A stretch of DNA of 64,000 nt from Takakia lepidozioides (GCA_030704615.1 CM060731.1:18538001-18602000), one strand, 5' to 3'. Counted from the first letter of the stretch, positions 40,461-53,957 are shown. Notes: a model not told the origin generated them from the sequence alone. Made by a program: numbers and translations.

Positions 40461-43400
40461 TCTAAGCCCAAGTGCAAGATCTCATATGTATCCTAGTGCG
40501 GACCTCCTAAGTGAGGCCCAAGTGCGACCTCTAGGGTAGCTTGTGCCGTTGGCCCAAGTGTCCACTGTCATCTAAGTCTAATGATTTAGCCATCTCTAAT
40601 CATTTTTTTCCCACATAGCCTATGACCAGCTTTGAACCGGAGACCTCTCCCTTGTTGTCGCTCCCGTCAAGGCTCCAACCATTCTCCCAGGAATGCCCAC
40701 TTTGCTATTTTTCCCGAATTTCCAATGGCCCAATATCATCTAAGTAAGTTTTTTTTTCCACAGAGCCTACGACCAGATTTGAACCCGGAGGCCATTTTTG
40801 TTTTTTTTGTGAATTTCCAGTGACCAAAAGTACTTGGAATTCCACATCTCCCTCACCGCTTGTCCAAAAATCATGAGACCAAGCCGGTGCACCCCTCCTC
40901 ACCGAGGGCTTTCCAACGGCACCAAGCACCCGCGTTGGGGCCCCGCGGTTTGGGAGATCTCAACGACGCTAGAAAACAAAACAAAACAAAACAAACATCT
41001 CGCTTCATATATTGACTAGGGTAGCCTGCGCCGTTGGCCCAAGTGTCCAGTGTTATCTAAGTCCAAGTGCAATCCCCTATATATCAAAGTGTGTTTCCTA
41101 TGTCGAGGCCCAAATGCAACCTCTAGGGTAGCCTTTGATGTTGGCCCAAGTGTCCAATGTCATCTAAGTCCAAATGTAAGATCTTCTTTGTATCCCAGTG
41201 CGTCTCCTATGTTGAGGCCCAAGTGCGACCTCTAGGGTAGCATGTGCCTTTTGGCCCATGTATGAAGAGTTGAAATCTAAGACCAAATGCAATTTCCTAC
41301 GTATCCAAGTGTGTCTCATATGTCGAGGCCCACCTAAGCCCAAACTTGCAATCTTCTATTTATGTATCCAAGTGCATCTCCCATGTAGAGGCCCAAGTGT
41401 CCAGTGTCACGTAACTTGCCCAAGTGCAATCTCCTATGTATCCAAGTACGTCTCCCATGTCAAAGCCCAATTTATTTTTTTCCATTAATTTATTGAGTAG
41501 TAATATATCCATTTATTATTGATATATCTCCCGTCGAGGCTCCCAGGAAAGCCCACTTTGCTATTTTGGGGGAATTTCTAGCGACCCAAAGTACTTCAAA
41601 TTTGATCAATATGAAGCCATGTAGTTTGTTTTGTTTTGTTTTATTTATTACTACTCAATAAATTCATGGAAGATATTAAACTGATATATGAAGCAAGGTA
41701 GTTTGGACTTTGTAATGTCTAGGTAGCCTTTGCCATTGGCCCAAGTGTCCAATGTCATCTAAGTAAGTTTTTTTCCACAGAGCCTATGACTAGATTTGAA
41801 CCAGAGACCTTTCCCTTGATATCTCTCCCGTCGAGGCTCCAACCATTGTCCCATGAATGCCCACTTTGCCATTTTTGCTATTTTTCGTGAATTTTCAGCG
41901 ACCAAAAGTACTTGGAATTCCACATCTCCCTCACCGCTTGTCCAAAAATCATGAGACCAAGCCGATGCACCCCTCCTCATCGAGGGCTTTCCAACGGCAC
42001 CAAGCACCGGGGCTTGGGGCCCGCGGTTTGGGAGATCTCAACGACGCTACAAAACAAAACAAAACAAACGTCTCGCTTCATGTATTGATAGGCTAGCCTG
42101 TGCCGTTGGCCCAAGTGTCCAATATTATCTAAGTCCAAGTGCAATCCCCTATGTATCTAGTGACCCTCATGTTTGGGAGATCTAGGCCTAGGGTAGCATG
42201 CGCCATTGGCCCATGTGTTAAGAATTGAAATCTAAGTCCAAGTGCAATCCCCTATGTATTCAAGTAGCATCTCCTATATCAAGGCCCATGTGTGAAGAAT
42301 TGAAATATAAGCTCGAGTGCAATTTCTTATGTATCCAAGTGGGTCTCCTATGTCGAGGCCCAAGTGCGACCTCTAGTGTAGCCTATGAAGAATTGAAATC
42401 TAAGCCCAAGTGCATCTCCCATGTACATGCCCAAGTGTCCAGTGTCATCTAAGTCCAAGTGCAATCCCCTATGTATCCAAGTGCGTCTCCTATGTCGAGG
42501 CCCATGTGTGAAGAATTGAAATCTAGGCCCAAGTGCAATCTCATACGTATCCAAGTGCTTCTCCCATGTAGAGGCCCGAGTGCGACCTCCACTATCCAAT
42601 GTCATCTAAGTCTAAGTGCAATCCCCTATCTAATCAATTTTTTTTTCCAGAGAGCCTACGACCAGATTTGAACCGGAGACCTTTCCCTTGATATCTCTCC
42701 CGTCGAGGCTCCAACCTTTGTCCTAGGAATGCCCACTTTGCCATTTTTGCTATTTTTGGGGAATTTCCAACGACCAAAAGTACTTGGAATTCCACATCTC
42801 CCACACTGCAAGTCCAAAAATCATGAGACCAAGCCCGTGCACCCCTCCTCGTCGAGGGCTTTCCAACGGCACCAAGCACCCATGCTGGGGCCTCGCGGTT
42901 TGGGACATCGCAACGTGACAAAACAAAACAAAACAAACGTTTCGCTTCATATATTGACTAGTGTGGCATGTGCCGTTGGCCCAAGTGTCCAGTGTCATCT
43001 AAGTCCAAGTGTAAGATCTTCTATATATCCCAGTGCGTCTACTATGTTGAGGCCCAAGTGCGACCTCTAGGGTAGCATGTGCCTTTGGCCCATGTATGAA
43101 GAGTTGAAATCTAAGACCAAGTGCAATTTCCTATGTATCCCAGTGCATCTCCTATGTCCGAGGCCCAAGTGCGACCTCTAGTGTAGCCTATGCCGTTGGC
43201 CCATGTGTGAAGAATTGAAATCTAACTCCATGTGCAATTTCCTACGTATCCAAGTGCATCTCATATGTCGAGGCCCAGCTAAGCTCAAGTGCAATCTTCT
43301 ATTTATGTATCCAAGTGCATCTCCCATGTAGAGGCCCAAGTGTCCAGTGTCATGTAACTTGCCAAGTGCAATCTCCTATGTATCCAAGTACGTCTCCCAT

Positions 43401-44965
43401 GTCAAAGCCCAATTATTTTTTTCATCAATTTATTGAGTAGTAATATATCCATTCATTCTTGATATATCTCCCGTCGAGGCTCCCAGGAAAGCCCACTTCG
43501 CTATTTTTCAGGAATTTCCATTGGCCTAAGTGTCCAATGTCATCTAAGTCCAAGTGTAAGATCTTCTATGTATCCCAGTGCATCTCCTATGTTGAGGCCC
43601 AAGTGCGACCTCTAGGGTAGCATGTGCCTTTGGCCCATGTATGAAGAGTTGAAATCTAAGACCAAGTGCAATTTCCTATGTATCCCAATGTGTCTCCTAT
43701 GTCAAGGCCCAAGTGCGACCTCTAGTGTAGCCTATGCCGTTGGCCCATGTGTGAAGAATTGAAATCTAAGTCCACGTGCAATTTCCTACATATCCAAGTG
43801 CGTCTCCTATGTCGAGGCCCAAGTGCAATATTCAATTTATGTATCCAAGTGCATCTCCTATGTAGAGGCCCAAGTGTCCAATGTCATGTAACTTGCCCAA
43901 GTGCAATCTCCTATGTATCCAACTACGTCTAATCATTTTTTTTCCCACAAAGCCTACGACCAGATTTGAACCGGAGACATTTCCCTTGATATCTCTCCCG
44001 TCGAGGCTCCAACCATTGTCCCAGGAATGCCCACTTTACCATTTTTGCTATTTTTTGTGAATTTTCAGCGACCAAAAGTACTTGGAATTCCACATCTCCC
44101 ACACCGCAAGTCCAAAAATCATGAGACCAAGCTGGTGCACCCCTCCTCGTCGAGGGCTTTCCAAGGATACCAAGCACCAGCGTCGGGCCTCGCGGTTCGG
44201 GACATCTCAACGCTACAAAACAAAACAAAACGAGACGTTATGAAGCGAGACGTTTGTTTGTTTGTTTTGTTTTGTTTTGTTTTGTTTTGTAGCGTTGAGA
44301 TGTCCCGAACCGCGAGGCCCCGGCGCTGGTGCTTGATACCCTTGGAAAGCCCTCGAGGAGGAGGGGTGCATCGGCTTGGTCTCATGACTTTTGGACCTGC
44401 GGTGTGGGAGATACGGAATTCCAAGTACTTTTGGTCGCTGGAAATTCACAAAAAATAGCAAAAATGGCAAAGTGGGCATTCCTGGGACAATGGTTGGAGC
44501 CTCGATGGGAGAGATATCAAGGGAAAGGTCTCCGGTTCAAATCTGGTCGTAGGCTCTTTGGGAAAAAAATACATTTGGACTTAGATGACATTGGACCCTT
44601 GGGCCAACGGCAAAGGCTACCCTAGAGGTCGCACTTGGGCCTCGACATAGGAGACGCACTTGCATACGTAGGAGATTGCACTTGGGCCTAGATGACACTT
44701 AACACTTGACACTTGGGCCAATGGCACAGACTACCCTAGAGGTCGCATTTGGGCCTCGACATAGGAGACGCATTGGATTTATAGGAAATTGCACTTTGTC
44801 TTAGATTCTCAATTCTTCACACATGGGCCAAATGTACAGGCTATCCTAGAGGTCACTTGGGCCTCGACATAGGAGACGCACTGGGATACATAGAAGATCT
44901 TACACACTTGGATTTAGATGACACTTGACACTTGGGCCCACGGCACATGCTACCCTAGAGGTCGC
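40460..44965. repeat. Complex satellite / TE-terminal repeat: GGCCCAAGTG-based subrepeats interleaved with a ~300-bp block, inverted near 44240
   Basis: The block (agagcctacgaccagatttgaacc...caaaacaaaac) recurs at ~40760, 41775, 42650 and 43945. Its reverse complement lies at ~44270-44570, followed by CACTTGGGCC subrepeats. Confidence 0.85.
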
Positions 44966-46060
44966 ATTAACCACACATTAACCCCCACCCCCTTCTACAA
45001 CTCCCCGATGGCGTCACCCTTCTAGCCACCTTTGAACCAAACCAGCTACTATACGAACACAACTTTTTCTCCCCTAAATACCTCCGATGCCTAGAACCCA
45101 CCACTACATCACTGCTACTTGTCCAACACACCCATCCCACCTCCACGCCCATTACCCTCCCCTCTACCTTATACCACTTACTCGTACGCACATGGGGGAT
45201 GAAAGTCTCCATTACCCCCAACACACATCCTCTTCCCTCTACATCTTGCTCCTCACCCACCCTATTTCCCAGAGTCAACCCAAGCAAGGTCTGGATAAGG
45301 GCCCTACCGTGCCCTCCTCCTGCCCCTCTCCCGCCCCCTATTGACCCACCGGTCTGGAATTCTTCATGGCTGTGAGCACGGATTGCAAGAGCACTCGGGG
45401 GGGGGGGGGGGGGGGTTTGAGGTGGAGCTTCCGTCGTTACCTAGCACGACAATGGTCTCGTCAACCTGTCCAGGAACATCCTTCATTTCTTCTTCCAAAT
45501 AAACTGTGCCCGGTTTGAGCTTGAATTTGGAACAAAGGTAAGTTTCAGTCACTCTGCAAAGTCCTCCCTCATTTGGGATCCAGGCTCTCCCAAGTTGCGG
45601 AGGACAGCAAACTATAGCGTAGGAATTCGGAGCCATCGAACACCGCACGGAGTTGGCAAGTGTGAGGTTTCGTATAGCGACAGACCAAGGCTCACAGGCA
45701 CCATCTAAGTGGATCTGCGGAGTCCATCGACGATTGGAAGTCGCACATTGAAGTGGAAAGTATTGTTTCAAGCTACATGCATGAAGGTGGGAGGTTTGAT
45801 TCCATAGCCAGTAAGTATGACAATGATGGCCGATTCGGCGACGAAATAACATCTCCTGACAGTTTCTCCTGAGGGTGGATCCAGCAGTATTCTCGGTGCA
45901 GACAGGAACGTTCGCACTGACAAGTGCCAGGACTGTTAGTTAAAACGGTCAGACAACCAAGTTGTGCTCATCAAGAATGGCCGCAATGTTGTTTCGGAAC
46001 AATGCAACCCATTCAGGTTCCAGATTTCCCGTCCCGAGTGATTCTTTCGATTGCTGGTGG

Positions 46061-47625
46061 ACGGAAATACGGCGGCGCATTTCCGTTTTGCTTCTTGGTC
46101 ATGCACCAGAGCGACGGAAATGCGGCACCGAGTTTCCGTCCGGGGGAAACCTTTATACTCTCCAGAACGGAAATGCGGTAACGCATTTCCATCCAGCAAG
46201 CACGGTATGTGAAGGTGGAACGGAAATGCGGTACCGCGTTTCCGTTCTGATTGAGAATTATGAACAACGGGAACAGAAATGCGGCACCGCATTTCCGTCC
46301 GAGTCGCACTTTTCCGACATTCCAGAACGGAAATGCGGCGCCGCATTTCCACTTTGTATCTGATGCATGGAGCTGAGGGATAGAAATGCTGCAGCACATT
46401 TCCGTCCTTAAAAGACATTCATACTCTCCATAACGGAAATGCGTACCGCATTTCCGTTCTGATTGAGAATTATGAACAACGGGAACAGAAATGCGGCACC
46501 GCATTTCTGTCGGAGTCGCACTTTCCGACATTCCAGAACGGAAATGCTGCGCCGCATTTCCATTTTGTATCTGATGCATGGAGCCGAGTGCGATTCCGAC
46601 AGCTTCATACAGCGCAATTCCGACCGCTTGAGACATTCATACTATCCAGAACGGAAATGCGGTACCGCATTTCCGTTCTGACTGAAAATCGTCAACCATC
46701 GGAACTGAAATGCGGCAGCGAATTTCCATCCGAGTCGCACCTCCCAACATTCCAGAACGGAAATGCGGCACCGCATTTCCGTTCTGATGAAATATCCTGA
46801 AACATCGGAACTGAAATGCGATACCGCATTTTCGTCGGAGTCGCACCTTCCGACATTCCAAAACGGAAATGCGGCGCCGCATTTCCGTTTTGTATGTGAG
46901 GCATGGAGCTGTGGAACGAAAATGCGGCACAGCATTTCCGCCAGCGTCAGAAGTTAATACTCTACAGAACGGAAATGCGGTACCGCATTTCCGTTCTGAC
47001 TGAAAATCGTGCGCAACGGGAACAGAAATGCGGCACCGCATTTCCGTCCGAGTCGCACCTTCCGACATTCTAGAACGGAAATGCGGCGCCGCATTTCCGT
47101 TTTGTATATGGGGCCTGGAGCTGTGCTACGGAAATGTGTTGCCGCATTTCCATCCATGTGAGACCTTCAAACTTTCCAGACCGGAAATGCGGCACCGCAT
47201 TTCTGTCCAGGTGAGACCTCTATACTTTCCCGAACGGAAATGTGGCACGGCATTTCCGTTCATCAATTAACGTATATGAAGGGGGAACGGAAATGCGGTA
47301 CCGCATTTCCGTTCACATTGAAAATCATGAACCACGGGAACTGAAATGTTGTGCCTCATTCCCGTCCGAATCGCACCTTTCGACATTCCAGAACGGAAAT
47401 GCGGCGCCGCATTTCCCTTTTGAATCTCATACATGGAGCTGTGGGACGGAAATGCGGCACCGTATTTCCGTTCAACAACTAAGGTATGTGAAGGTGGAAC
47501 GGAAATGTGGTGCCGCATTTTCTTCCAACAAGTACGGATGTGTAGCTTCGTGATGGTACTTAACGGAAATGTGGCGCCGCATTTGCATTTTCGCTCCAAC
47601 TCATCAGACGCTGGGACGGAAATGC
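46061..47625. repeat. Array of ~29 palindromes (ACGGAAATGCGG-NN-CCGCATTTCCGT) with a 53-bp period
   Basis: Unit starts at 46061, 46114, 46167, 46220, 46273, 46327, 46380, 46433, 46485, 46538, then every 53 bp from 46651 to 47499, then 47563 and 47616 (half unit). A 34-bp perfect palindrome spans 46647-46680. Confidence 0.95.
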
Positions 47626-48022
47626 CTTGAAATGTGAACACGTGGAGCAACGGAATTGCTGCACATGTCGGCACTCTATCTGACTGAAGGGGCATGAGGC
47701 GGCGCAGCCTGACCGTTGGATAATGATGTTTGTTTTTCGGACGGCAGGCGTACCCTGAACGATTCGAATTTCGTAATGACGCAAAGTCCACGAGGAGACA
47801 CTTTCGTCCAACCCTTTCGAACCCAAGTGGTGCATCACCGCCGTTTCATCTACTTTTGTCGTGTCTCCTCAGTCACCCTTCTCGCGCCCTTTCCATCTGC
47901 ACTCTTTGCCCATTTTCCCTCTCTCTGTTCTTCTTATGCTCGAACCTGAGAGGGGGGGAGTTCGTGCACCAGACAGGAGACCTCGTCGCAAGCTCCGGAA
48001 ATTATACTTCGGACGTAGGCCA

Positions 48023-51000
48023 ATGCCGAAGGGGAGGAAGCAGATGCGTCTACAGGAGGAGATTGCCATCTCCGAGCAGCAGGCCACTCAGGCAACCCAG
48101 CCACCAGTGAGAGCTCCATGCGATCGGGCTGCGCGCAGCTGATCGAGCACCGAACCCCCCATTTTGCTTCTGTAATTCTTAGACTAAATGCTAGGAGACT
48201 TGAATGCAGAACATGTTTGCATGCCTAACAGGAAAGGTGGACGTGCTGGAGGGATCGCAGGAATCCGAAGAGCCGCAGGAAGAGTCCGAGGAGCTAGCTG
48301 CAGCACGTACACCCACCCGATCCCCAAGCGCGGGTATTCCTGCCGGGCCTAGCCCTGTGCGATTCAAAGACGCGGCTTCGAATGGCAAGTTCAAAGCCCC
48401 AGAGATCGACTCGCGTTCTTCGGTCATGGAGAATCGCCAGCAGGGGTCGGGCCCTTCTCCAGCAAAGTCGAAGAAGAAGCAGCCCGTCCCTCTACTGGCT
48501 TCTGAACCGGCTCAGGCCGATTCACCCCCCCAACGCGAATGAAGCAGCAGGGTAAAAGACAGATTCAATTGCAGCAGACACCTTCACCTGCAAGGATGAG
48601 GAAGCAGAAGGCAATCAGGGCGACGGCCGAACAATCTCCCGCAAAACCGCTTCCACGAGCTGAAGCTCAGTTCCTGGAGGATTTCCCGCCTGCAGATGTT
48701 GGGGCCGACTCTGCTGCAGCGAAGGCAATGGGATCGACCGTTGATCTCGATTTGGTACCGGAGGAGGGTGCTGCCGCTGAACGTTCGCAGCCAGACCTCA
48801 CCACCGATGAGTAAGCAGGCCCGGATGAGGCCTTTGCAATGGCAGAATTGCCCGCACACAGGCCCCAGAGTGCAGCTCCAGTTGAGGATGCTCCACCTGC
48901 TCAGCCACTACCGGCACATACAGACATGTCTCCGGAGGATTTCAAAAGTGTAGCGGATAAAATGTTGGAGGAGACACACAGTAGCATTGGCAGAGTTTTG
49001 CGCAGCAGGGTATTCCAGCGGACTCTTTGAATCCCACTCTGTCGCATGGTCTCCCTTCCCATCGTCAGGCAGGCCCTTCCCGGAGATGTGGATAAGCTGA
49101 AGTTCGCATTTCGAGAAGGGTACCGTCTGGGATCGGCAGCGTTTTACGTTTCCATTGAGAATGAGGACGGCGAAACTCGTGGACCCACTGCCGATGAATT
49201 GTCAACGTGGGATACCCACTGGCACACTCGCAACGACGAATTCGAGGCGACGCTGAAGGGTGATCCAGACTTCGGCCATATGTCTGGTAAAATGTTCTTT
49301 GTGTGGGACGGGAATCACCGACTTCTCGCCTGGTGGGAGTACATCAAGCAGAACCATGCCAAGCACATTGGCTGGCATTACATGGTAGAGTGTGTCATCC
49401 TGAAGGTGAAGGCGGCAGACTCCTCCCTGCTCAAGAATGCCATCGCGGACCTCAACTCGTAAGATACTCATACCCTCCCTAGCACGTTCGAAATGCGGTG
49501 CCGCATTTCGGTTTCCATTCTGGTTTGTTTCCGTGCTTCCGTGTACTGAACTGGAGAGTGTGCCTTGCAGGGTCACTGAGAATGCGTACGTGCATACCCA
49601 CATGGCACATATGCTGTACAGGGTGAGGAAAACTGGTCTCACTGATCCGCAGATGTTTGCGGAAATGCTAGAGCCCGAGCTCATTCAGAAAGCCGTTGCA
49701 AAAAAGACCGGACATGGTATCGTCTCACTATGGATGGAATGGTGGAGGTGATATACAAAGTAAGTCGTCCTCCAATTTCCCTCTGCTCATCCTTCCCCAA
49801 TTTTCAGTAATGTTTCCACATGAATCGAATGTAACGCTTCTGCATGTTTTTGTTGGCAGTCAAACATCAAGCTGGATTTGGCCCATGCCAAACGCTTCTT
49901 CATGGAAAGTGAGGGGCAGGTGAAAACGTTGCAGTCATTGACTGAGCACTTGAAGGAAGCCGGTGTCAAGTCCAGAACCAAATACAAGTCAAAGCTTGTG
50001 AAGCTGGTGGCAATTGCAGATCCGGCACTTGGAAAGGACTTCATCCCCAAGATTGCAAAACACTATTCGCGGGCCATGCAGCCGACCATGCAATTGGAGA
50101 AACTGCATCACCTCTCAACGGCATGTGTGGAGGCGAAAGAGAAGGTGAGGTTTCAATGCATTGAAGTTCCTTCCTAGCAATAGCCACTCTCTCCAGCTCC
50201 TGACATTGGATCGGAAATGGCAGACACGGTGGCTGTCGATCTGGAATGCATCCGAGAGCATAAGGACAATGTGGTCTTTTCCACTGGAAGTTTCCGACCC
50301 TGCAGTGGATGTGTGGCCTCAACCGTATGACTTGGTGGTTCCAGGTAATTCAAGGTACTTCCCCAGATTTGCTTTTCTGAAATGAATTCCCTGAACTGCT
50401 ACGTGACAATGCATTTGGGAATCGCAGGTAATGTCGAATGCGAAGGAGCAAGTCGTAATGCACACAAATTCGTTCGGCTTGTACGTCAAATGGATGGAAC
50501 ATAGACATTGGAAGACTACGTGACACGTTTCAGATGTGCGTACCAAGGACAACCTTTTCGCCAGAGGAGCTACAGACAGCAAAAGAAGCGTGGAGTTTAC
50601 ACATCAGGAGGGAGCGGGGAAAGCTGCATGCGAATTGTTTACAGGTGAAGCACAGCTGCCCTTGTATGCGAAGCCTGGTTACGAGGTTTGTCTCGGAAAT
50701 AGGCACCGCATTCGCATTTTAATGTTTTCGTGGCACTCTGCGAGTAGGTTGGTCTCAACTTTTGCTCACGCATGCTGACTGCCTTGCAGGTATATGAAAT
50801 ACGTGCTCCTTCAGACAGGGGCCCTGGCTCAAGAGCCCCCATTCTTCATGGCTTGGACCGTGGCGGGCCAAGCTGTGTCTACACACCCGAGATGCAGAAA
50901 CAATGGCATCCCGCGCATCTCGTTGGATGCCCGTGGTACTGGACATGTCTGGCCGGTATTGTTGACGAGTCTGAGAAAGATCTGCACGCCTTGGCAGAAG

Positions 51001-52879
51001 AGAAGAAAGAAATGAAAGACGTGTCCCTGCTGGGCCAAAGTCGCAAAGGAATCTGCTGCTCTGGAAGAATCCAGAAAGGCAGCTGAGATGGCACAAAAGA
51101 CGGTGGATGCAGCTGTGCAGGGCCCAACAGAAAGGGGTCGAAGAAGAGGACTCGCCAGCAAGGAGCAGCTGTTGTGACACCGCCAAAACGAAGAAGCAGA
51201 AACAGCCTGTTCAGGAGAAGGTGAGGATAGGACTCCGATGGAGACTTTGCAACCAGCCACCCCCCCAACGCAGGTTGCCTCCCCTGTGCCCACCGTTGTC
51301 ACGAGAGGCACGAGAACTGGCTCGGCAAAGAAGGCACTCTTCAACCCCAGGGGGCACCCTTTCGAGCCGGTGGAAATGAAGAGGCCGAAAGTGGCTCCCG
51401 AAACAGTAGTCCAGTGTGTAAATGAGAGTTTCTTGGCGGCTTTGGATGGACGGGCAGCAAGTTGGCATACATGAAGACCATGGAGGGTCTGAAGGGCAGA
51501 GCACTGAAGAAGGCGACTGCCGAAGAGCCTTCCGACACCCCAGGATTTCAGAATATGGTCTCGTTCTTTGAGAGGGTGTGTGCAGACAAGGATTGTAGGA
51601 GGGGCGGAAATGCCACCGAGTGGTCTTGCGATATGATCATCTTGGATATTCCGGACGGAGAGCCTGTGGAAGGACTGCAAGCTTTGCCATCTTGGAACAG
51701 GTACTCGGAGGACTTTTGGAAGAAAGGATTCGGGCTTGCCCGCATGGTGTTGGACGACAGAGGCTGTGTGGTTGTCCTGGCGAGCAGAGGAAAAAACACT
51801 CAGACAGGAATTGCGAAGTGGACCCGCAAGAGCGCCGTCCCGATTCTGAAAAAGAAGTGGACGTGCATCAACACACTGGGCCTTCGGTCGGAAGGGAAGA
51901 AGGTGATTACGACACTGGGCACTCGTCCATTCATTTGCTTGGGTGTTTTCAAATGCGGTGCCGCATTCGGTTTCTAATCGTTCCCCCTGTGTATGCAGAC
52001 GAAGCAGTTCGATGCATACTGCTTTGTGAAGGAGAACTCCACCTTTGCTTTCCGGAAGGAGGGAGGAAAGGTTGACCCGAACTGCGACCCCTCGATTACG
52101 ACGTTCTGTTCAACAACGTTCCCAAGGAACTTCTCCCTCATAGCCTCACTTCAACGGAACCCCTGCGGTACTCACGGACTCGGAGCCCTGCCTTCATTCA
52201 GACAATTATGGAGACATGCACAGACGTGGAGGGCACAGTGCTCGACCTCATCTGTGGGACAGGTATGCAGAATCTTGATCTATGCTGTTCTGCAAATTCT
52301 CGTTAGGATGTAGTTCGCAACATCTGAAGCGCCATGTGGTAATGTGTGGATGGCATTGTAACAGGTGCCTCAATGTGGGCTGGGCGGTTTTCCGACCGGC
52401 ACCTCTTTGCCTACGAGGAGGATTCATCCGTGTGGGGATCCCATCTGGAAGGGCTGCAACGGAATGTTAAGGCTCCCGACAGAGCGGAAGTCTCCTCGGA
52501 TTCGTCGGAGTCCGAGGAAGACACAGTGGACATTGATGCGGAGGAGAACCCGGAATACGAGTGAGTGCAAACATTGTAAGTTTGCAAAGCCTTCTGGGTC
52601 ATTTATGTCAAACGAATTTCCCGACTGTGGTTCTCATTAGTCTCGTTGATGATTGTCATGTGCAGGATTGCAGGGTCCGGGTCGAAACATGTAGGGCCTA
52701 CACTTCCTGCCAGGAAGAATGTCCCGTTCTTTGCGAGGGCCGACTTCATGACGAGCCCGGTGAGGGACTACTCCCTTCCTAGTTATGCAGCTAAACTCGC
52801 AAATACAGCGATTAGAAGAAGTGAGAATCCCAGTAAAGTAGAGCAGATTTTGGAGAGGGCTAGGAGGACAGAAGGATAA
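48023..52879 (+). pseudogene. Multi-exon gene for a ParB/Srx-like domain fused to a beta-class N6-adenine/N4-cytosine DNA methyltransferase-like domain (decayed)
   Basis: Disordered N-terminus, then IPLCRMVSLPIVRQALPGDVDKLKFAFREGY...FFVWDGNHRLLAW (ParB-like). The C-terminal part has DMIILDIPDG (DPPY-like), ARMVLDDRGCVVVL, and the spliced RSPAFIQTIMETCTDVEGTVLDLICGT|GASMWAGRFSDRHLFAYEED (FxGxG SAM motif; intron 52263-52364). In-frame stops at ~48812 and ~49028; frameshifts at ~48540 and ~52090. Confidence 0.75.
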
Positions 52880-53263
52880 GGAAAGAGTTGGCAGCAGCTC
52901 AGACAGGTAGACGGGTACGAAAGTACATATGTGATTCAGCGGATGAGAGCGACGCAGACAGGGAGGAAGACGACCCAACGGAGGTGAGATGGACAGTTCC
53001 GCAAGGGAAGATGGGATTTTCGAAAGCCTGGCCACGAGCAGTCCGCTGGAGATGAGAAAGGCACTGAGGGGGGGAGGCGGAGCAGGACAGTCTAGAACAG
53101 GATGAGGATTCGGATGATTTTCAAGATTAATAGAATTTTAATGAAGTCTCTGTAAATGTAAATTCTCTTCCAGAGTATATAAAGGAAATTCTGCCGACAT
53201 TCGTGACCCCTCTCCAGTGTGCATTCCAGCCACACAATCGCCAAACCACGACGCTCCCAAAAT

Positions 53264-53957
53264 CAGAAATGGGCACCGCATTTCCAAAATTTTGGCAACT
53301 CTAAGAACCTCTTTTGGAAATGCGGCACCGCATTTCCAAAACAGGGGAGGGACTAATTTTCCATTTCAATGTTGGCATAGTAAAAAGTAATCGGCCGATT
53401 GGAAATGCGGTGCCGCATTTCCAAAATTTCCTTTGTCCACACGCCAGTTTTGGCCTCTCCCGCTCATTGCATGGATGCCACCACGCTTACAGAGGTCGAA
53501 CAAGGAGGTCGAACAAGGAGGTCGAGATGGCGGAATTGAAAATGCGGTGCCGCATTTCCATATTGGGGATGGTCGTTGTTCGAACTGCAGGCCCATCAGC
53601 AAAAATTGGCACCGCATTCCATTGTAAAAAAAAAGTCGATGACGGACATGGAAATGCGGCGCCGCATTTCCAGAACGGACATCGCAATTTGTCCATTTGC
53701 AGACCCTCTCACGGAAATGCGGTAACGCATTCCATCGCGCTGGTCGGAAATGTGCACTTTTCGAAGTGTTGGACGGAAATGCGGCACCGCATTCCCTTGT
53801 CCAAAAAGAAGTTTCCATTGCCAAGCTGGAAATGCGTCGCCGCATTTGCAATGCCAACCTCGTTGTCTGTCCAATTTATAGACCGTGTTGGTATTTCGTG
53901 TACCTGGACGGAAATGATGCACCGCATTTTGACATGGAAATGCGGTGCCGCATTTCA
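53264..53957. repeat. Second, looser array (~11 copies) of the same palindrome
   Basis: GGAAATGCGG..CCGCATTTCC-like units at ~53264, 53316, 53401, 53538, ~53600, 53650, 53713, 53775, 53828, 53910 and 53936. Confidence 0.9.

Noticed and set aside
40632-44625. Repeated short ORFs (WSHDFWT, SKCN motifs)
   Set aside because: Satellite-derived, with no consistent frame.
44966-45345. C-rich possible LINE fragment
   Set aside because: No recognisable RT, endonuclease or RNase H motif.
46061-47625. CRISPR array (palindromic repeat plus fixed-length spacer)
   Set aside because: Spacers recur in a higher-order pattern rather than being unique, repeats are degenerate throughout, no cas genes are present, and the context is eukaryotic.
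45924-47791. Many overlapping ORFs with RKCGAAFPF / GNAAPHFR / EMRRRISV repeats
   Set aside because: Translation artefacts of the palindrome; the 53-bp period is not a multiple of 3.
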